Below, piece after piece: positions 29,401 to 39,037 of a DNA stretch of 64,000 nucleotides. The notes under the pieces were generated by a model, which was given only the letters and a program-made list of their open reading frames with translations, searched no databases and was not told the origin of the DNA. Made by a program: the position numbers and the translations under genes. The stretch's first letter is position 1; each line of letters begins with the position of its first letter. Source of the DNA: an uncultured Thermoplasmatales archaeon (lineage in GTDB: Archaea > Thermoplasmatota > E2 > DHVEG-1); assembly GCA_964346655.1 (NCBI GenBank), contig CAYFVP010000134.1, positions 44,746 through 108,745 on the forward strand. The letters run 5' to 3'.

Positions 29401-30330
29401 CCAGAATATGGATACGGTAAGTATGATAATGTGATTACTGGTTTGGAATTTGAACGACTTGTATCAGCTTCTGGACCAACAGAAGGTCATATTGAAATTA
29501 ATGGTAAAGAGCCAAAAAAGGTTGTTTTTATTCAATGTGTGGGTTCTCGTGATAAAAAGAGCAATGAGTACTGTTCTCGTGTATGTTGTATGTATACCGC
29601 TAAACAGGCACACATGGTGAGGGATAAAATCCCAAATGCGGAATTAATCGTTTATTATACTGATGTTAGAGCCTTTGGCAAAGGATTCGAGGAATTCTAT
29701 AACAGAGTACAAGGTGAAGATGTTACTTATAGACGAAGAGAGCTTGCTGATCCTATTGAGGTTAAGAAAAAAGGTAACAAAGTTATAGTAAAAGCTAAGG
29801 GTCATCCTGATGTTGAAGCCGATCTTGTTGTGCTTGCCACAGGTATTATTCCACGTCAAGATACAAAGGATCTTGCCCGTCTATTAAATATCAATCAAAG
29901 TGCAGATGGATTCCTCTTAGAGGCTCATCCTAAGCTAAGACCTGTAGATACGTTTACAGATGGAATTTTTTTAGCTGGTTGCTGTCAAAGTCCAAAGGAT
30001 GTACCAGATACTGTTGCACAAGCTAGTGGTGCCGCATCAAGAGCATGTGATATACTTTCTAAAAAACAACTAATGATTGAAGCAACTGTCGCTAGTGTTA
30101 ATGAAGACCTTTGCCGTGGTTGCGGTTTCTGTGTAGAAGCCTGTCCATATAAGGCAATTGAATTGAAAGAGATTGATCACTTTGGTCATAAAATAACAGT
30201 TGCCTCTGTTAACGAAGCCCTCTGTAAAGGATGTGGTTCCTGTTCTGCTGCATGTCTAAATGGTGCAATTAGTCATCTTGGATTCACCGATGGTCAAATC
30301 CTTGCTGCAATTAAGGCTCTTGGAGGATAG
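26470..30330 (+). CDS. HdrA with an inserted GltD/NfnB-like NAD(P)H-binding module (HdrL-like)
   Basis: HdrA N- and C-halves enclose PPCVHACP..CGRICTHVCE..IVGAGPAG..GGGNVAID..GGGNVAMD..EAERCLSC. Confidence 0.88.
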   Translation: MKIGVYVCECGVNIAATVDVKKVAEHAKTLPNVAVSRFYRYMCSDPGQELIKKDIKELKLDRVVVASCSPRMHEPTFRAVLEEMGLNPYCLEMVNIREQCSWVHKDKENATEKAKSLVEGAVFRASLLSPLEKKTVSVTPKALVIGGGIAGIQAALDIGDMGFKTYLVEKTPSIGGRMAQLDKTFPTMDCSACILTPKMVDVGRHKNIDLLTYSEVVDVDGYVGNFKVKVRKKPRYIDVEKCTGCGECVKNCPVNVTDEFNMGQGDRKAIYIPFPQAVPQKYTIDKIGEPPCVHACPAGVHAQGYVALIRDGKFQEALDLVRINNPFPSVCGRICTHVCEENCNRNEVDEPVAVRALKRFIADYERKHGRKKKEKKEDEKELPGKGRKVAIVGAGPAGLTVAHDLALWGYKPTVFEALSKPGGMLRVGVPKYRLPEEILDYDIKRIEEDGVEIRTSTPIGPDLTLKDIMRAGYEAIFIAIGTHKSKRLGVEGEELDGVIHAAGFLQDMGIGRKVDFKDKIVAVIGGGNVAIDSVRTAVRLGAKSAFVIYRRSRAEIPATREELAECEQEGISFYYLAAPKRIIGKKDKVIGIECQRMKLGKSDETGRRRPIPIEGSTFTLDADIVISAIGQMSVLTSLAETQVQIEVDKKNGVLPIATEGLDLKGVYGFTAFLRALSIGKKIEVGKRVAVVGGGNVAMDVARSALRIGGQEIHVLCVESREEMPAFKHEIKEAEEEGIIIHTRRMPKRIIGVSGKAVGLESLECTSVFDEDGKFNPQVEPDTEEILEADTIFVAIGQEVDYTLLKAADGVLVTKGGLLVVDGITQQTNIPGVFAAGDAVSGPGLVIDAIAKGHEAAISIDRYLRGENLKKGRVKKEPVVAPIPDKVYEKMNRVKIPTRPVKERINNFKEVELEMTEEMARKEAERCLSCNICSLCEQCVDSCEAGAINHDAVEEIVDLDVGAIVVATGFDLYDPAEKPEYGYGKYDNVITGLEFERLVSASGPTEGHIEINGKEPKKVVFIQCVGSRDKKSNEYCSRVCCMYTAKQAHMVRDKIPNAELIVYYTDVRAFGKGFEEFYNRVQGEDVTYRRRELADPIEVKKKGNKVIVKAKGHPDVEADLVVLATGIIPRQDTKDLARLLNINQSADGFLLEAHPKLRPVDTFTDGIFLAGCCQSPKDVPDTVAQASGAASRACDILSKKQLMIEATVASVNEDLCRGCGFCVEACPYKAIELKEIDHFGHKITVASVNEALCKGCGSCSAACLNGAISHLGFTDGQILAAIKALGG

Positions 30331-30362
30331 TTTCTGATTTAGATTTATAAGAGGTATAGAAA

Positions 30363-30710
30363 ATGAAAGTAGTAATAAGTGCAACTGGAATAGATAAAGA
30401 AAGTAATATAGACGCAACATTTCATAGATGCCCCTTCTTCTTGATTATTGATACAAAGACCAATTCACTCAGAACCTTTGAAAACACAACAAGAGACCGC
30501 CCAAGTGAAATCGGAGCTACAGTTGGGCAAATAGTCGCAAATGAAGGGATTGACACTGTTATAACTACAAATATTGGACCTAGAGCATTTGAAATATTTG
30601 AACGATATGGAATAAAGATTTATCAGGCAAAAGGTAAAGTAAATGATGCTATCCAACAACTAGAAAAGGGAAAACTATTAGAAATAACAAAAGCCACAAT
30701 CTCAAAATAA
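30363..30710 (+). CDS. NifB/NifX-family (FeMo-cofactor-binding-like) protein
   Basis: FHRCPFFLIID, VIT.NIGPRAF. Confidence 0.85.
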   Translation: MKVVISATGIDKESNIDATFHRCPFFLIIDTKTNSLRTFENTTRDRPSEIGATVGQIVANEGIDTVITTNIGPRAFEIFERYGIKIYQAKGKVNDAIQQLEKGKLLEITKATISK

Positions 30711-30758
30711 GTATATTTTAATTAAAGAAAATGAAAATTGAAATATCATTTTAAACCT

Positions 30759-30792
30759 AGGTTGTTGATTGCATAGATTATAACAACCTTTT
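30759..30792 (+). terminator. Possible terminator or operator: AGGTTGTT-N15-AACAACCT followed by TTT
   Basis: 8-bp inverted repeat ~50 nt after the last operon gene. Confidence 0.3.
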
Positions 30793-30917
30793 CAGTTAGA
30801 ATCAAGATTATTTGAGATTATATTTTTCATTTTGACATTTTAACACGTTGCTTTTAAATATCGTTAGTGTTAGAAAGTAACATGCTTCCATAAGCAAAGA
30901 AGAAGGGTGATATAAAA

Positions 30918-31106
30918 ATGAAAAACGATTATAAATCTCTTCAAAAAAAGATAGATAAATTATTGTGGGAAACTAGTGAGAGAAAAACAAAAAAACCATA
31001 TCAGGAAATGCAGACAGATGAAGAATACAAAACTTCAGTAAAAAAAATGGCTAAATTAATTTCCGATCTTGAAAAATTTGAAGAGGAAAATAGAAAAAAT
31101 AAATAA
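30918..31106 (+). CDS. Small charged hypothetical protein
   Basis: 62-aa ORF with GGGTGA RBS and upstream TTTAAATA. Confidence 0.6.
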   Translation: MKNDYKSLQKKIDKLLWETSERKTKKPYQEMQTDEEYKTSVKKMAKLISDLEKFEEENRKNK

Positions 31107-31198
31107 AGATAAAAATTTTATCTTTAAAATTAGACCTTAATTTAAAAATCCAATTTTTAAGCTGGTCTCTTTATTAAAAATTTTAAATAGGTTTATAC

Positions 31199-31675
31199 CT
31201 ACTTTGTAAGTGTAAGAAGTTCTCTACTAAGCAGTCTAATATGACTCATTTCTTCTTTAATTATTCCATCTAGTTTATTTCTTCCTAAATGTTCTGGGAC
31301 AACATCCTTCATCCCAATATAAAAAACGATAGAATCTTTTTCTGCGGTAATTGCTGATTTAAATATTTCTTCAAGAGAGGTTGTATCAATATCTTTTTCA
31401 TAAAATACACGTGTATCTGCAAGAGCACGTAGATATTTTTCTGCTTCACCTTCAGGATCAAATGTAGTAATTACTTTTTCATCTTGGGTAAGATCTGTTC
31501 TCATAGACTTAAAAATTTTTTCATGGTCATCTTCCATTTCTGCAAGATTAATTAAAAAATTTCTTTTATCGGGATCAGTAATATTATCTGCAGCGTTTCT
31601 ATAAAATTTTGCACCATTTCTCTCAATTTGTTCTGCAATTTCAAAAACCTCATCTGCGTTAAAGTCGATACTCAT
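31199..31675 (-). CDS. Rubrerythrin/ferritin-like diiron protein
   Basis: AEQIE..G.KFY, LAEMEDDH, AEKDS..FY, EEMSH. Confidence 0.88.
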   Translation of the reverse strand: MSIDFNADEVFEIAEQIERNGAKFYRNAADNITDPDKRNFLINLAEMEDDHEKIFKSMRTDLTQDEKVITTFDPEGEAEKYLRALADTRVFYEKDIDTTSLEEIFKSAITAEKDSIVFYIGMKDVVPEHLGRNKLDGIIKEEMSHIRLLSRELLTLTK

Positions 31676-31769
31676 TTTTTTCTGTCCCCCATTTTATATG
31701 ACTTAGTTCAATAGGTATAATCTTATTCAATAAAAATATTTTGAAAAAACTACTTATTTTATTAATTGA

Positions 31770-32678
31770 TTATGGTGGACATTTGGCACATACTGATCTA
31801 AAGAGTGTTGTACTTAAATAACGATCTCCTCTATCTGGAAGCAATGTAATAATTGTTCCTTTCTCCATTTTTTCTGCAATATGTAAAGCACCTGCTACCG
31901 CTGCTCCACTACTCATACCAACAAAAACTCCTTCAATTATTGCAAGCAACCTTGTTGTCTCAAACGCCTCTTCGTCTTCAATTGTAATTTTTCCATCAAT
32001 TAAATCTTGATTATAAATTTTAGGAACAATACTTTCTTTCATATTTTTTAAACCTTGAATAGCATGACCAGGTTTTGGTTCAACACCAACAATTCTGATA
32101 CTTGGCTTTTGTTCTTTGAGATATTTTCCAACACCCATCAATGTTCCAGTTGTCCCCATTCCTGCGACAAACACATCAATTTCTCCATTTGTTTGAAAGA
32201 ACATCTCTGGTCCTGTTGTTTCATAATGAGCAAGTATATTATTTTCGTTTTCAAACTGATTAGGCATGAAATATTTACCTGGATTTTCCTTTAAAATTTG
32301 ATGTGCCTTATTTATTGCACCATCTGTTCCATCACAACCAGGAGTAAGAATAATTTCTGCACCGTATGCTTCTAATATCCTTTGTCTTTCAACGCTAACG
32401 CAATTAGGCATTACAAGAGTTACTTTGTATCCTTTTATTGCTCCTATCATTGCAAGAGCAATCCCTGTATTTCCAGATGTTGGCTCAAGTATTGTTTTAT
32501 TTTTACTTAGAATTCCTGATTCTTCTGCTTTTTTAATCATGTAAAAAGCAGGTCTATCTTTTACAGATCCACCAGGATTTGCCCCTTCAAGTTTACCAAA
32601 AATTTTCACTTTAGAATTATTATTTATTTTTTTTAGTTCTACAAGAGGAGTATTCCCGATAGCTAATAATATACTCAT
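31770..32678 (-). CDS. cysM: Cysteine synthase (PLP-dependent, CysM/CysK family)
   Basis: IGNTPLV, NPGGSVKDR, EPTSGNTG, GMGTTGT, GMSSGA, DRGDRYLS. Confidence 0.88.
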   Translation of the reverse strand: MSILLAIGNTPLVELKKINNNSKVKIFGKLEGANPGGSVKDRPAFYMIKKAEESGILSKNKTILEPTSGNTGIALAMIGAIKGYKVTLVMPNCVSVERQRILEAYGAEIILTPGCDGTDGAINKAHQILKENPGKYFMPNQFENENNILAHYETTGPEMFFQTNGEIDVFVAGMGTTGTLMGVGKYLKEQKPSIRIVGVEPKPGHAIQGLKNMKESIVPKIYNQDLIDGKITIEDEEAFETTRLLAIIEGVFVGMSSGAAVAGALHIAEKMEKGTIITLLPDRGDRYLSTTLFRSVCAKCPP

Positions 32679-32864
32679 ATTAAACGTTTCACAAATACTA
32701 ATTTAATTACTATGTATTTAAATTCTTCTAAAAGATTAGATATTTGGTATTTTTGGATGTAAAAAAAATATATAATTTTTATTAAATTTTAATGTTATTA
32801 ACCTAATTTTTAACATTCCTTTATATAGGGGAAATTAATACAGGCTTGCGGGGTTAGAGGGTTT

Positions 32865-34781
32865 ATGACTAAGACATCATCTATTGAAACTAACGTCCAA
32901 GTTTTAGAAAAACAAATAATTCATAATCCAGATGATGATTTTTATATTAAATTCCTAAAACCATATTATATTTTTACAAAGGATGGTCAGTACCTTTTCG
33001 GCTCAACACAATATGGTAGAAGGCCTGATAGAGCTTTTTATATTGTTCCAGACGGATATAAATTAGGTAAAAAACAAAAGAAATTTGATAGTAAAATCGG
33101 AAAAAAAATCTATGATATCGCTATGAAATATCTACAGGAGGAAAAACCACCACTTATTGTTTTAGAAGGAGTTCAGGGAGAGCTTGGTTATGAGGTTGGA
33201 CTTCGAATAACTGTTAGTGTAAAGAATCCTCATAGTGCATATATTGCTTGGATGGGTAAGATGATGATTTTTCCCTCAACAAAAAATATGAAAATTCATT
33301 GTTGGAATTATGTTATACAAGAACCACTTCCCCACAATTATGTTACTGAAATCCAAGGTGCTTGGCCTGAGTATGATCCAAGAATTCCTTTGACTATTTA
33401 TGACCTTACCGAAATGGACAGCAACATTAGAAGGGTTTTAAGCCTAGGTGTAGATTATTTTGGTGGGGCTTTTAAGAAACCTAATCTTACTATGGTTTGG
33501 AATAAAGCTGAAGCCGATGGTCTTGTTACTTATCATGCAGGGTGCACTTCTGATCGTGTTTTAAAAGGATTGAGTGGTACAGGAAAAACAACACTTACTG
33601 TTGGCCCAGAACTTGAGCAAGATGATGCATGCCTTGGAAAACTCTTATATGATGAAAAAGGTAAAATTACATCTGTTGAACTAATTGGATTAGAGGCAGC
33701 AAGCTTTGCAAAATCTCAAGGTTTAAATCGTTATAGTCCCGAGTACCCTGGCTTGATGAAATCAAGAGAAATTGATGAAATGGGCCAAAGATCAATTGTT
33801 CTAGCAATGAATATTGATTGTGAAGGCGTTGAATACTCAAATAAAGAAATAAATGGATTTAAAGTAAGAATCCCACAAAAAATACCCGGAGAAAAAGTTG
33901 GTCCCTTACAATGTACAAAATATGAAAAAAGTGGTACTACAAATGGAAGATTTATTTTTCTTTTTAGTGAACTTAATCCTGATTGGGGTAGTGGAGTAAC
34001 AAAAATATTAAAATCTGAAGCATTAAGCTTTAAAAAGTATGATATATTAGAGCCGATTTTTAGAGTAACTGATCCAAAAATGGCTGTTGCACTTGATTCT
34101 GGTTGTGAAAGCATTATAACTTCTGCAATATCTGCACAAAAACCTGGAACTCGAGTGCGATCTTATGCAGCAACCGATTTTATGGCTCGTGAACAATCAC
34201 AACAAGCTTTAATGAAACTAAAAATGTATGAAGATATGGATTTAGGTCTTAATGGCAATTTGGTATTTTTTATTAATAATGCTGGATTTGTTGGGGAATA
34301 TGATATAGATGGAAATCAGATTAAAAAACTTGATAATAAAGGTAAACCAATCCCAAAAAAAGACATAGAAACTGGTGAAATATTAAAAAATGAGCTTGGT
34401 GAAATCATTTATATTGGTCAAGGTGAAGGTATAAAAGTTGCTGATTCGAAACGATTAATTAATCTAGTAGAACATAGAAAAATAGATAATTGGATTAAAC
34501 ACCCTATTTTTGGTTATCTGATACCTAATCCTGAGGAACTTGAAGAAAAACATGATATGGTAAATTTTGGTAAGAGATTTAATCCTTTGAATTATTACAC
34601 TCCAAAGCAGTATCTTAATTTTATTAAAAGAGATATCAAGGAGCGAACCGAATTTTTAGAAGATTTATTTAAGGGGCAAGTTGGTGAAAAAAACCTTAGA
34701 GATATTATTAATATTTGGAGGAAATGTAAAATTCCAAGTGAAAAAGAAATTATTTGGTTTTATAAAAAATATTATACCTAA
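32865..34781 (+). CDS. Divergent ATP-type phosphoenolpyruvate carboxykinase-like protein
   Basis: GRRP, YFGGAFKK, YHAGC, GLSGTGKTTL, QDD, TTNGR occur in the order of PckA motifs GRSP, YxGExKK, MHCS, GLSGTGKTTL, GDD, TENTR. Confidence 0.68.
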   Translation: MTKTSSIETNVQVLEKQIIHNPDDDFYIKFLKPYYIFTKDGQYLFGSTQYGRRPDRAFYIVPDGYKLGKKQKKFDSKIGKKIYDIAMKYLQEEKPPLIVLEGVQGELGYEVGLRITVSVKNPHSAYIAWMGKMMIFPSTKNMKIHCWNYVIQEPLPHNYVTEIQGAWPEYDPRIPLTIYDLTEMDSNIRRVLSLGVDYFGGAFKKPNLTMVWNKAEADGLVTYHAGCTSDRVLKGLSGTGKTTLTVGPELEQDDACLGKLLYDEKGKITSVELIGLEAASFAKSQGLNRYSPEYPGLMKSREIDEMGQRSIVLAMNIDCEGVEYSNKEINGFKVRIPQKIPGEKVGPLQCTKYEKSGTTNGRFIFLFSELNPDWGSGVTKILKSEALSFKKYDILEPIFRVTDPKMAVALDSGCESIITSAISAQKPGTRVRSYAATDFMAREQSQQALMKLKMYEDMDLGLNGNLVFFINNAGFVGEYDIDGNQIKKLDNKGKPIPKKDIETGEILKNELGEIIYIGQGEGIKVADSKRLINLVEHRKIDNWIKHPIFGYLIPNPEELEEKHDMVNFGKRFNPLNYYTPKQYLNFIKRDIKERTEFLEDLFKGQVGEKNLRDIINIWRKCKIPSEKEIIWFYKKYYT

Positions 34782-34948
34782 GATTTTATTTATAACAAAA
34801 TCGGCCTTTCCAAATATACATATTTTTTAATGATTTAATTTTAAGATAGTTTTATTTTAATAAAAATTTAAATTTTTACTTGAAATAAAAATATTTTATT
34901 AAAATATATATAAACAAAACATTTAAGTCCTAATACCTCATTATAAAA

Positions 34949-36580
34949 TTGATTCAAATGGGGGAGCAAGCCATTAAAAAGAAGTTTATAATAGTTTTAA
35001 TTAGTTTATTTTTGATTACTTGCTGTATCCCATCCCTAGGTTATGCTGTTAATATACATATGGTAAAAAATATTGATCAAACTACCTCTGAAATTATATA
35101 TTGCGATAATGATTTTTTCCCGTTTGTTATAAAGAGCTCTCCTGTAGATCAAGGTGTAAATAATATTGATGATTCTTTAAAACCAGAACCAAAATATACT
35201 CCTGATTACTTTTGTTGGATGGATTATAGTGGTGAAGATTGGACAACTCCTGTAAAATCTCAGGGGTGGTGTGGTAGTTGTTGGGCTTTTGCTGCGCTTG
35301 GTGTACTTGAAAGCGTAATTGAAATAAGAGAGGGATGCTCAAATTTGAATCCTGACCTTTCAGAGCAGTATGTTTTATCCTATTTACCCAAAGCAGGTAG
35401 TTGTATGGGTGGAACATGTAGTCTTGCTTTAGAATATATTATAAATACATCTTATGATGGTAATTATCATAACGGAGTAGCCCTTGAATCATTTCTACCT
35501 TATAAAAGAAATGATAATATTCTCCCTAGAGAAAAAAATCCTGATTGGGATAATTTGTTAGTTCCAATTGAAAATTATTATAAGTGGTTTAGTGATCCTG
35601 ACGACATTGAAGAGATAAAAACTCAGATTATGCAGTCAGGACCAGTTGCAGTTGCAATGCATGTCATTCCAGAATTTACTAAATGGCTTATGAATCATCA
35701 TATGCCTGATGAATACTTTCCTTATCCCGGAGATGTACACGGTACAAATCATGAGGTAATTATCGTTGGATGGAAAGATAATCCTTCAATTGATAATGGC
35801 GGTTATTGGATTTGTAAGAATAGTTGGGGTCCAGGATTTGGATATAATGGATTTTTTAACATTGAATATGGAAGTTTAAATGTAGATAATTCAAAAATTG
35901 TATATGTTGATTATGATCCTGATAGTTTTGATTGGGCACCTGTTACTATTGCTAATGGTATATACAATGCAGGTATTGGAGAAGAGATTACTTTTGATGC
36001 TTCAAACTGTTTTGATGCTGATGGAGAAATTGTAAAATATAATTGGGAGTTTGGTGATGGAACAAATTCAAACGAACCTATTGTAACACATAAATACATG
36101 AAAAAAGGAATATACTCTGTTACTTTGTATACAACTGATAACAATGGAAGCGTTGGAATTGATAATACTTGGGCATTTATAGACGAAACAAATGAAAAGC
36201 CTGATAAACCTAATATTTTTGGCCCAAATAGTGGAATGGATAGAACCTGGTATGATTACACATTTTCTGCTAATGATCCAGAAGGAAATGATATTTATCT
36301 TTATATTGATTGGGGTGATGGATTTATTGAAGAATGGCTAGGTCCTTATTCCTCTGGCCAAGAGATAGAATTAAGTCATTACTGGTATTTCAAAGATATG
36401 TATGATATAAGGGTTAAAGTTAAAGATATATATGGTGCTGAAAGTGAATGGGAATATTTAAAAGTTGGAATACCAGAGTATAAACCTCATTATGACTCAC
36501 CCTTATTTAGATATTTATTAAATTTCTTTAATCATAATTCTGTACTAGCTCAATTATTAGAAAAAATATTCAATTTTTGA
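34949..36580 (+). CDS. Secreted papain-family (C1A) cysteine peptidase with PKD domains
   Basis: Signal peptide; QGWCGSCWAF, NHEVIIVGW, KNSWG; WEFGDG and IDWGDG PKD motifs; start uncertain. Confidence 0.9.
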   Translation: MIQMGEQAIKKKFIIVLISLFLITCCIPSLGYAVNIHMVKNIDQTTSEIIYCDNDFFPFVIKSSPVDQGVNNIDDSLKPEPKYTPDYFCWMDYSGEDWTTPVKSQGWCGSCWAFAALGVLESVIEIREGCSNLNPDLSEQYVLSYLPKAGSCMGGTCSLALEYIINTSYDGNYHNGVALESFLPYKRNDNILPREKNPDWDNLLVPIENYYKWFSDPDDIEEIKTQIMQSGPVAVAMHVIPEFTKWLMNHHMPDEYFPYPGDVHGTNHEVIIVGWKDNPSIDNGGYWICKNSWGPGFGYNGFFNIEYGSLNVDNSKIVYVDYDPDSFDWAPVTIANGIYNAGIGEEITFDASNCFDADGEIVKYNWEFGDGTNSNEPIVTHKYMKKGIYSVTLYTTDNNGSVGIDNTWAFIDETNEKPDKPNIFGPNSGMDRTWYDYTFSANDPEGNDIYLYIDWGDGFIEEWLGPYSSGQEIELSHYWYFKDMYDIRVKVKDIYGAESEWEYLKVGIPEYKPHYDSPLFRYLLNFFNHNSVLAQLLEKIFNF

Positions 36581-36588
36581 GGAAGTAA

Positions 36589-38096
36589 ATGAAACTTAGA
36601 TTGCTTAGTTTTGCGATATCTTTTTTTTTTTAATATTTACATTTTTTATTACAAGTTTTATTTTTGCATCAATAATAACAAAAGATAAAACCTTACTCTA
36701 TAATGCTGATATTCCTACATGGTATGAAGGAGATGAATGGATATATACTGCAGACCCTGTATATTTTTCTGGAGATACAGGATCGTTTTCTGGTACTATT
36801 CAAAATTTTAAATATAAAGTGATGGGTGTTACTGAAATTCTGCATGGTGATAAAGAATTTGATGTATATGAAATAGAAATAACGGGTGATATATCTGGTG
36901 AATTTTCATATGAATTGCTCTCAGGTGATATAGAAGGAGAAATTTCAGGAACTAGTTATATTCGTGTGTCAGATCTTGCAGAAGTTAAGTCAGAAATTAA
37001 TTCTAATGGTATAGTAAGTATTCTTTTCATAGATCGTGATTATGAATTGAGCCATAATAGCTACTTTTTTCCTCCTATGGAGATACATGATTTCCCTATT
37101 AAAGTTGACGAGCAATGGGAAATATCAACTTTAACTGAATCATCAGGATGGTTCATATTAGAAGATTTAATGGAGGAAAACTATTCTGAAAGCTACTATC
37201 TAAATGAAACTGTACAGTGTATTGCAAAAGAATCTATTACGGTTCCAGCAGGGTCCTTTGAAAGCTATAATATCAATTATGCATCAAATTTTTTATGGTA
37301 TTCACCACATGTTGGAAATATGGTTAAATCTGTAGTTGATGAAAGCACTGAAAATTCAACCTTTTCGGCAGTTATATCATTAGAGTCTTTTTCTAGAAGC
37401 ATTCAACCATTAAATGTAACTGAAGTAATAGATCCTCAAGAAACATTTATTGATTCTTCGGTTACTATTTCTGGTCAGGTAATTAATACTGGGACTGGAA
37501 GTCCAGTTAATGATGGTTATGTTACTATAGAAATACCTTTAATTGATAAAGATTGGACAACAAATACCAATGAAAATGGATATTATTTAATAAACATTGA
37601 TGCACCATTAATTTTTGATGATACGCCTTCAGTTGATGAATTTGGTTCCGCTGGAGTTATTGTAAAATGTTCTTTTGAAGATTTATATGGTTATCAGGTA
37701 AAAACATTGGTAATTTTTGCAGATTATCCACCTGAAAGTCCAATTATCAACGGTCCAACTGAGGGTAAAGTTGGCGCATCTTATACCTTTACATTTACTT
37801 CTAATGATTCAGATAACGATGCTCTTTACTTTATAGTTTTTTGGGGTGACGGCACAGTTGATGAATGGGTTGGGCCTGTTCATTCTGGTGAACCTATAAC
37901 AAAATCTCATACATGGTATGAAGAAGGAACTTTTAAGATAACAGCAAAGGCGATAGATGAATTTGGTGCAGAAAGTGGTTTTGGTAGTCTTGAAGTGTCT
38001 ATGCCTAGAAATAAAGCAATTAATTTAAAATTACTCAATTACTTATTAAGTAATCAGCGTATTCTTCATATTATTAGGTATATTTTTGGGTTATGA
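36589..38096 (+). CDS. Secreted PKD-domain protein, frameshifted at a T11 tract in its signal peptide
   Basis: ATG 36589 MKLRLLSFAISFFF* stops at 36631-33; the -1 frame continues LIFTFFITSFIFAS..PTWYEGDEWIY into the 36819 ORF; ITVPAGSF, FWGDG. Confidence 0.78.
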
Positions 38097-38171
38097 ACCA
38101 TTCTATTTTTTCTTTTTTGTAAAGATTATATAAATGAGATCTAATTTTTAAAAATATCAACCTGTTTTTGT

Positions 38172-38384
38172 TCATGATATTAAAATAGAATGTTGCTTGA
38201 GTTTAATCCATTTTTTTTCATCTATACCTATTAGATTACCACATTTGCATAAAATGTTATTTTCATTATGAATACTAAGGTCTTCAATGATTCTATCTTT
38301 CCAACAATGCCATAATTTACCTTTCCCAATTTTTATGTATTTGAAAACCTTTCGTTTACATTTAGCACATTTTATTGTCATCAT
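38172..38384 (-). CDS. Small Cys-rich putative zinc-binding protein
   Basis: CAKC..FKYIKIGKGKL.HC..DRI..CKCGNLIG. Confidence 0.75.
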   Translation of the reverse strand: MMTIKCAKCKRKVFKYIKIGKGKLWHCWKDRIIEDLSIHNENNILCKCGNLIGIDEKKWIKLKQHSILIS

Positions 38385-38612
38385 ATAAAATCAACAAAAT
38401 ATTGAAAATAGAAAGGGTTCCTTCCTTTATTCATTTTTTGATTATAATTTGTTTTGGTTAAAAGTTTCAATTTTTTTAATCCAATTATATATTATAATGA
38501 TATGTTTGTTTTTAAATAAAAATCGTAAAAATATTTATGATTTTATTTTTAAAAATCGATAAACGAAAGTAATATAAAGGACTATTAACAATTGTTAATA
38601 TAGTGGTGAGAT

Positions 38613-38870
38613 TTGAAAATTGTCGGAGTTATAAATGATTATAAAGAGGCATTAAACATAGAAGAAATTGTTAAAGTCTTTGTAATTGAACAAAGAATTT
38701 TTAATTTACTTTCAGATAGTAAGAATAAAAGTTATAATGATATTGATTCAAATACAATAATGCTATCAGCTGATGAGATAGAAAATATTAAGACATCTAA
38801 TATAGAAAGTATTAATCATAAAGATGAAAATGATTATAAGCCTCTTTTTAATGTTAGAGGATTAAATTGA
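38613..38870 (+). CDS. Hypothetical protein
   Basis: TTG start with GGTGA RBS and a CGAAAG-TAATATAA promoter-like element upstream. Confidence 0.55.
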   Translation: MKIVGVINDYKEALNIEEIVKVFVIEQRIFNLLSDSKNKSYNDIDSNTIMLSADEIENIKTSNIESINHKDENDYKPLFNVRGLN

Positions 38871-39037
38871 GTTTTTTTCAATTAATTTATTGAAAATTAC
38901 TAAAAATATAAAGTATTAGTCCTTTTCCTACAAAAATTAAAAAGTTATATAATGTTTGTAATTTTATTTATTGATAACATTTAAATTTGTGTATCTTATA
39001 TCTAATATAAGATTAGCCAAGGGGAGGCAATTAAAAA

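Noticed and set aside
10775..30330. Selenocysteine in HdrA/MvhA/MvhD
   Set aside because: The relevant motifs have Cys codons and no in-frame TGA interrupts these ORFs.
5505..30330. Methanogenesis inferred from hdr/mvh genes
   Set aside because: No mcr, mtr or methyltransferase genes in the window; Hdr/Mvh/Flx are widespread in non-methanogens.
31104..31126. Perfect 11-bp inverted repeat TAAAGATAAAA-A-TTTTATCTTTA
   Set aside because: Very AT-rich with a 1-nt loop, between convergent genes; at most a terminator and could arise by chance.
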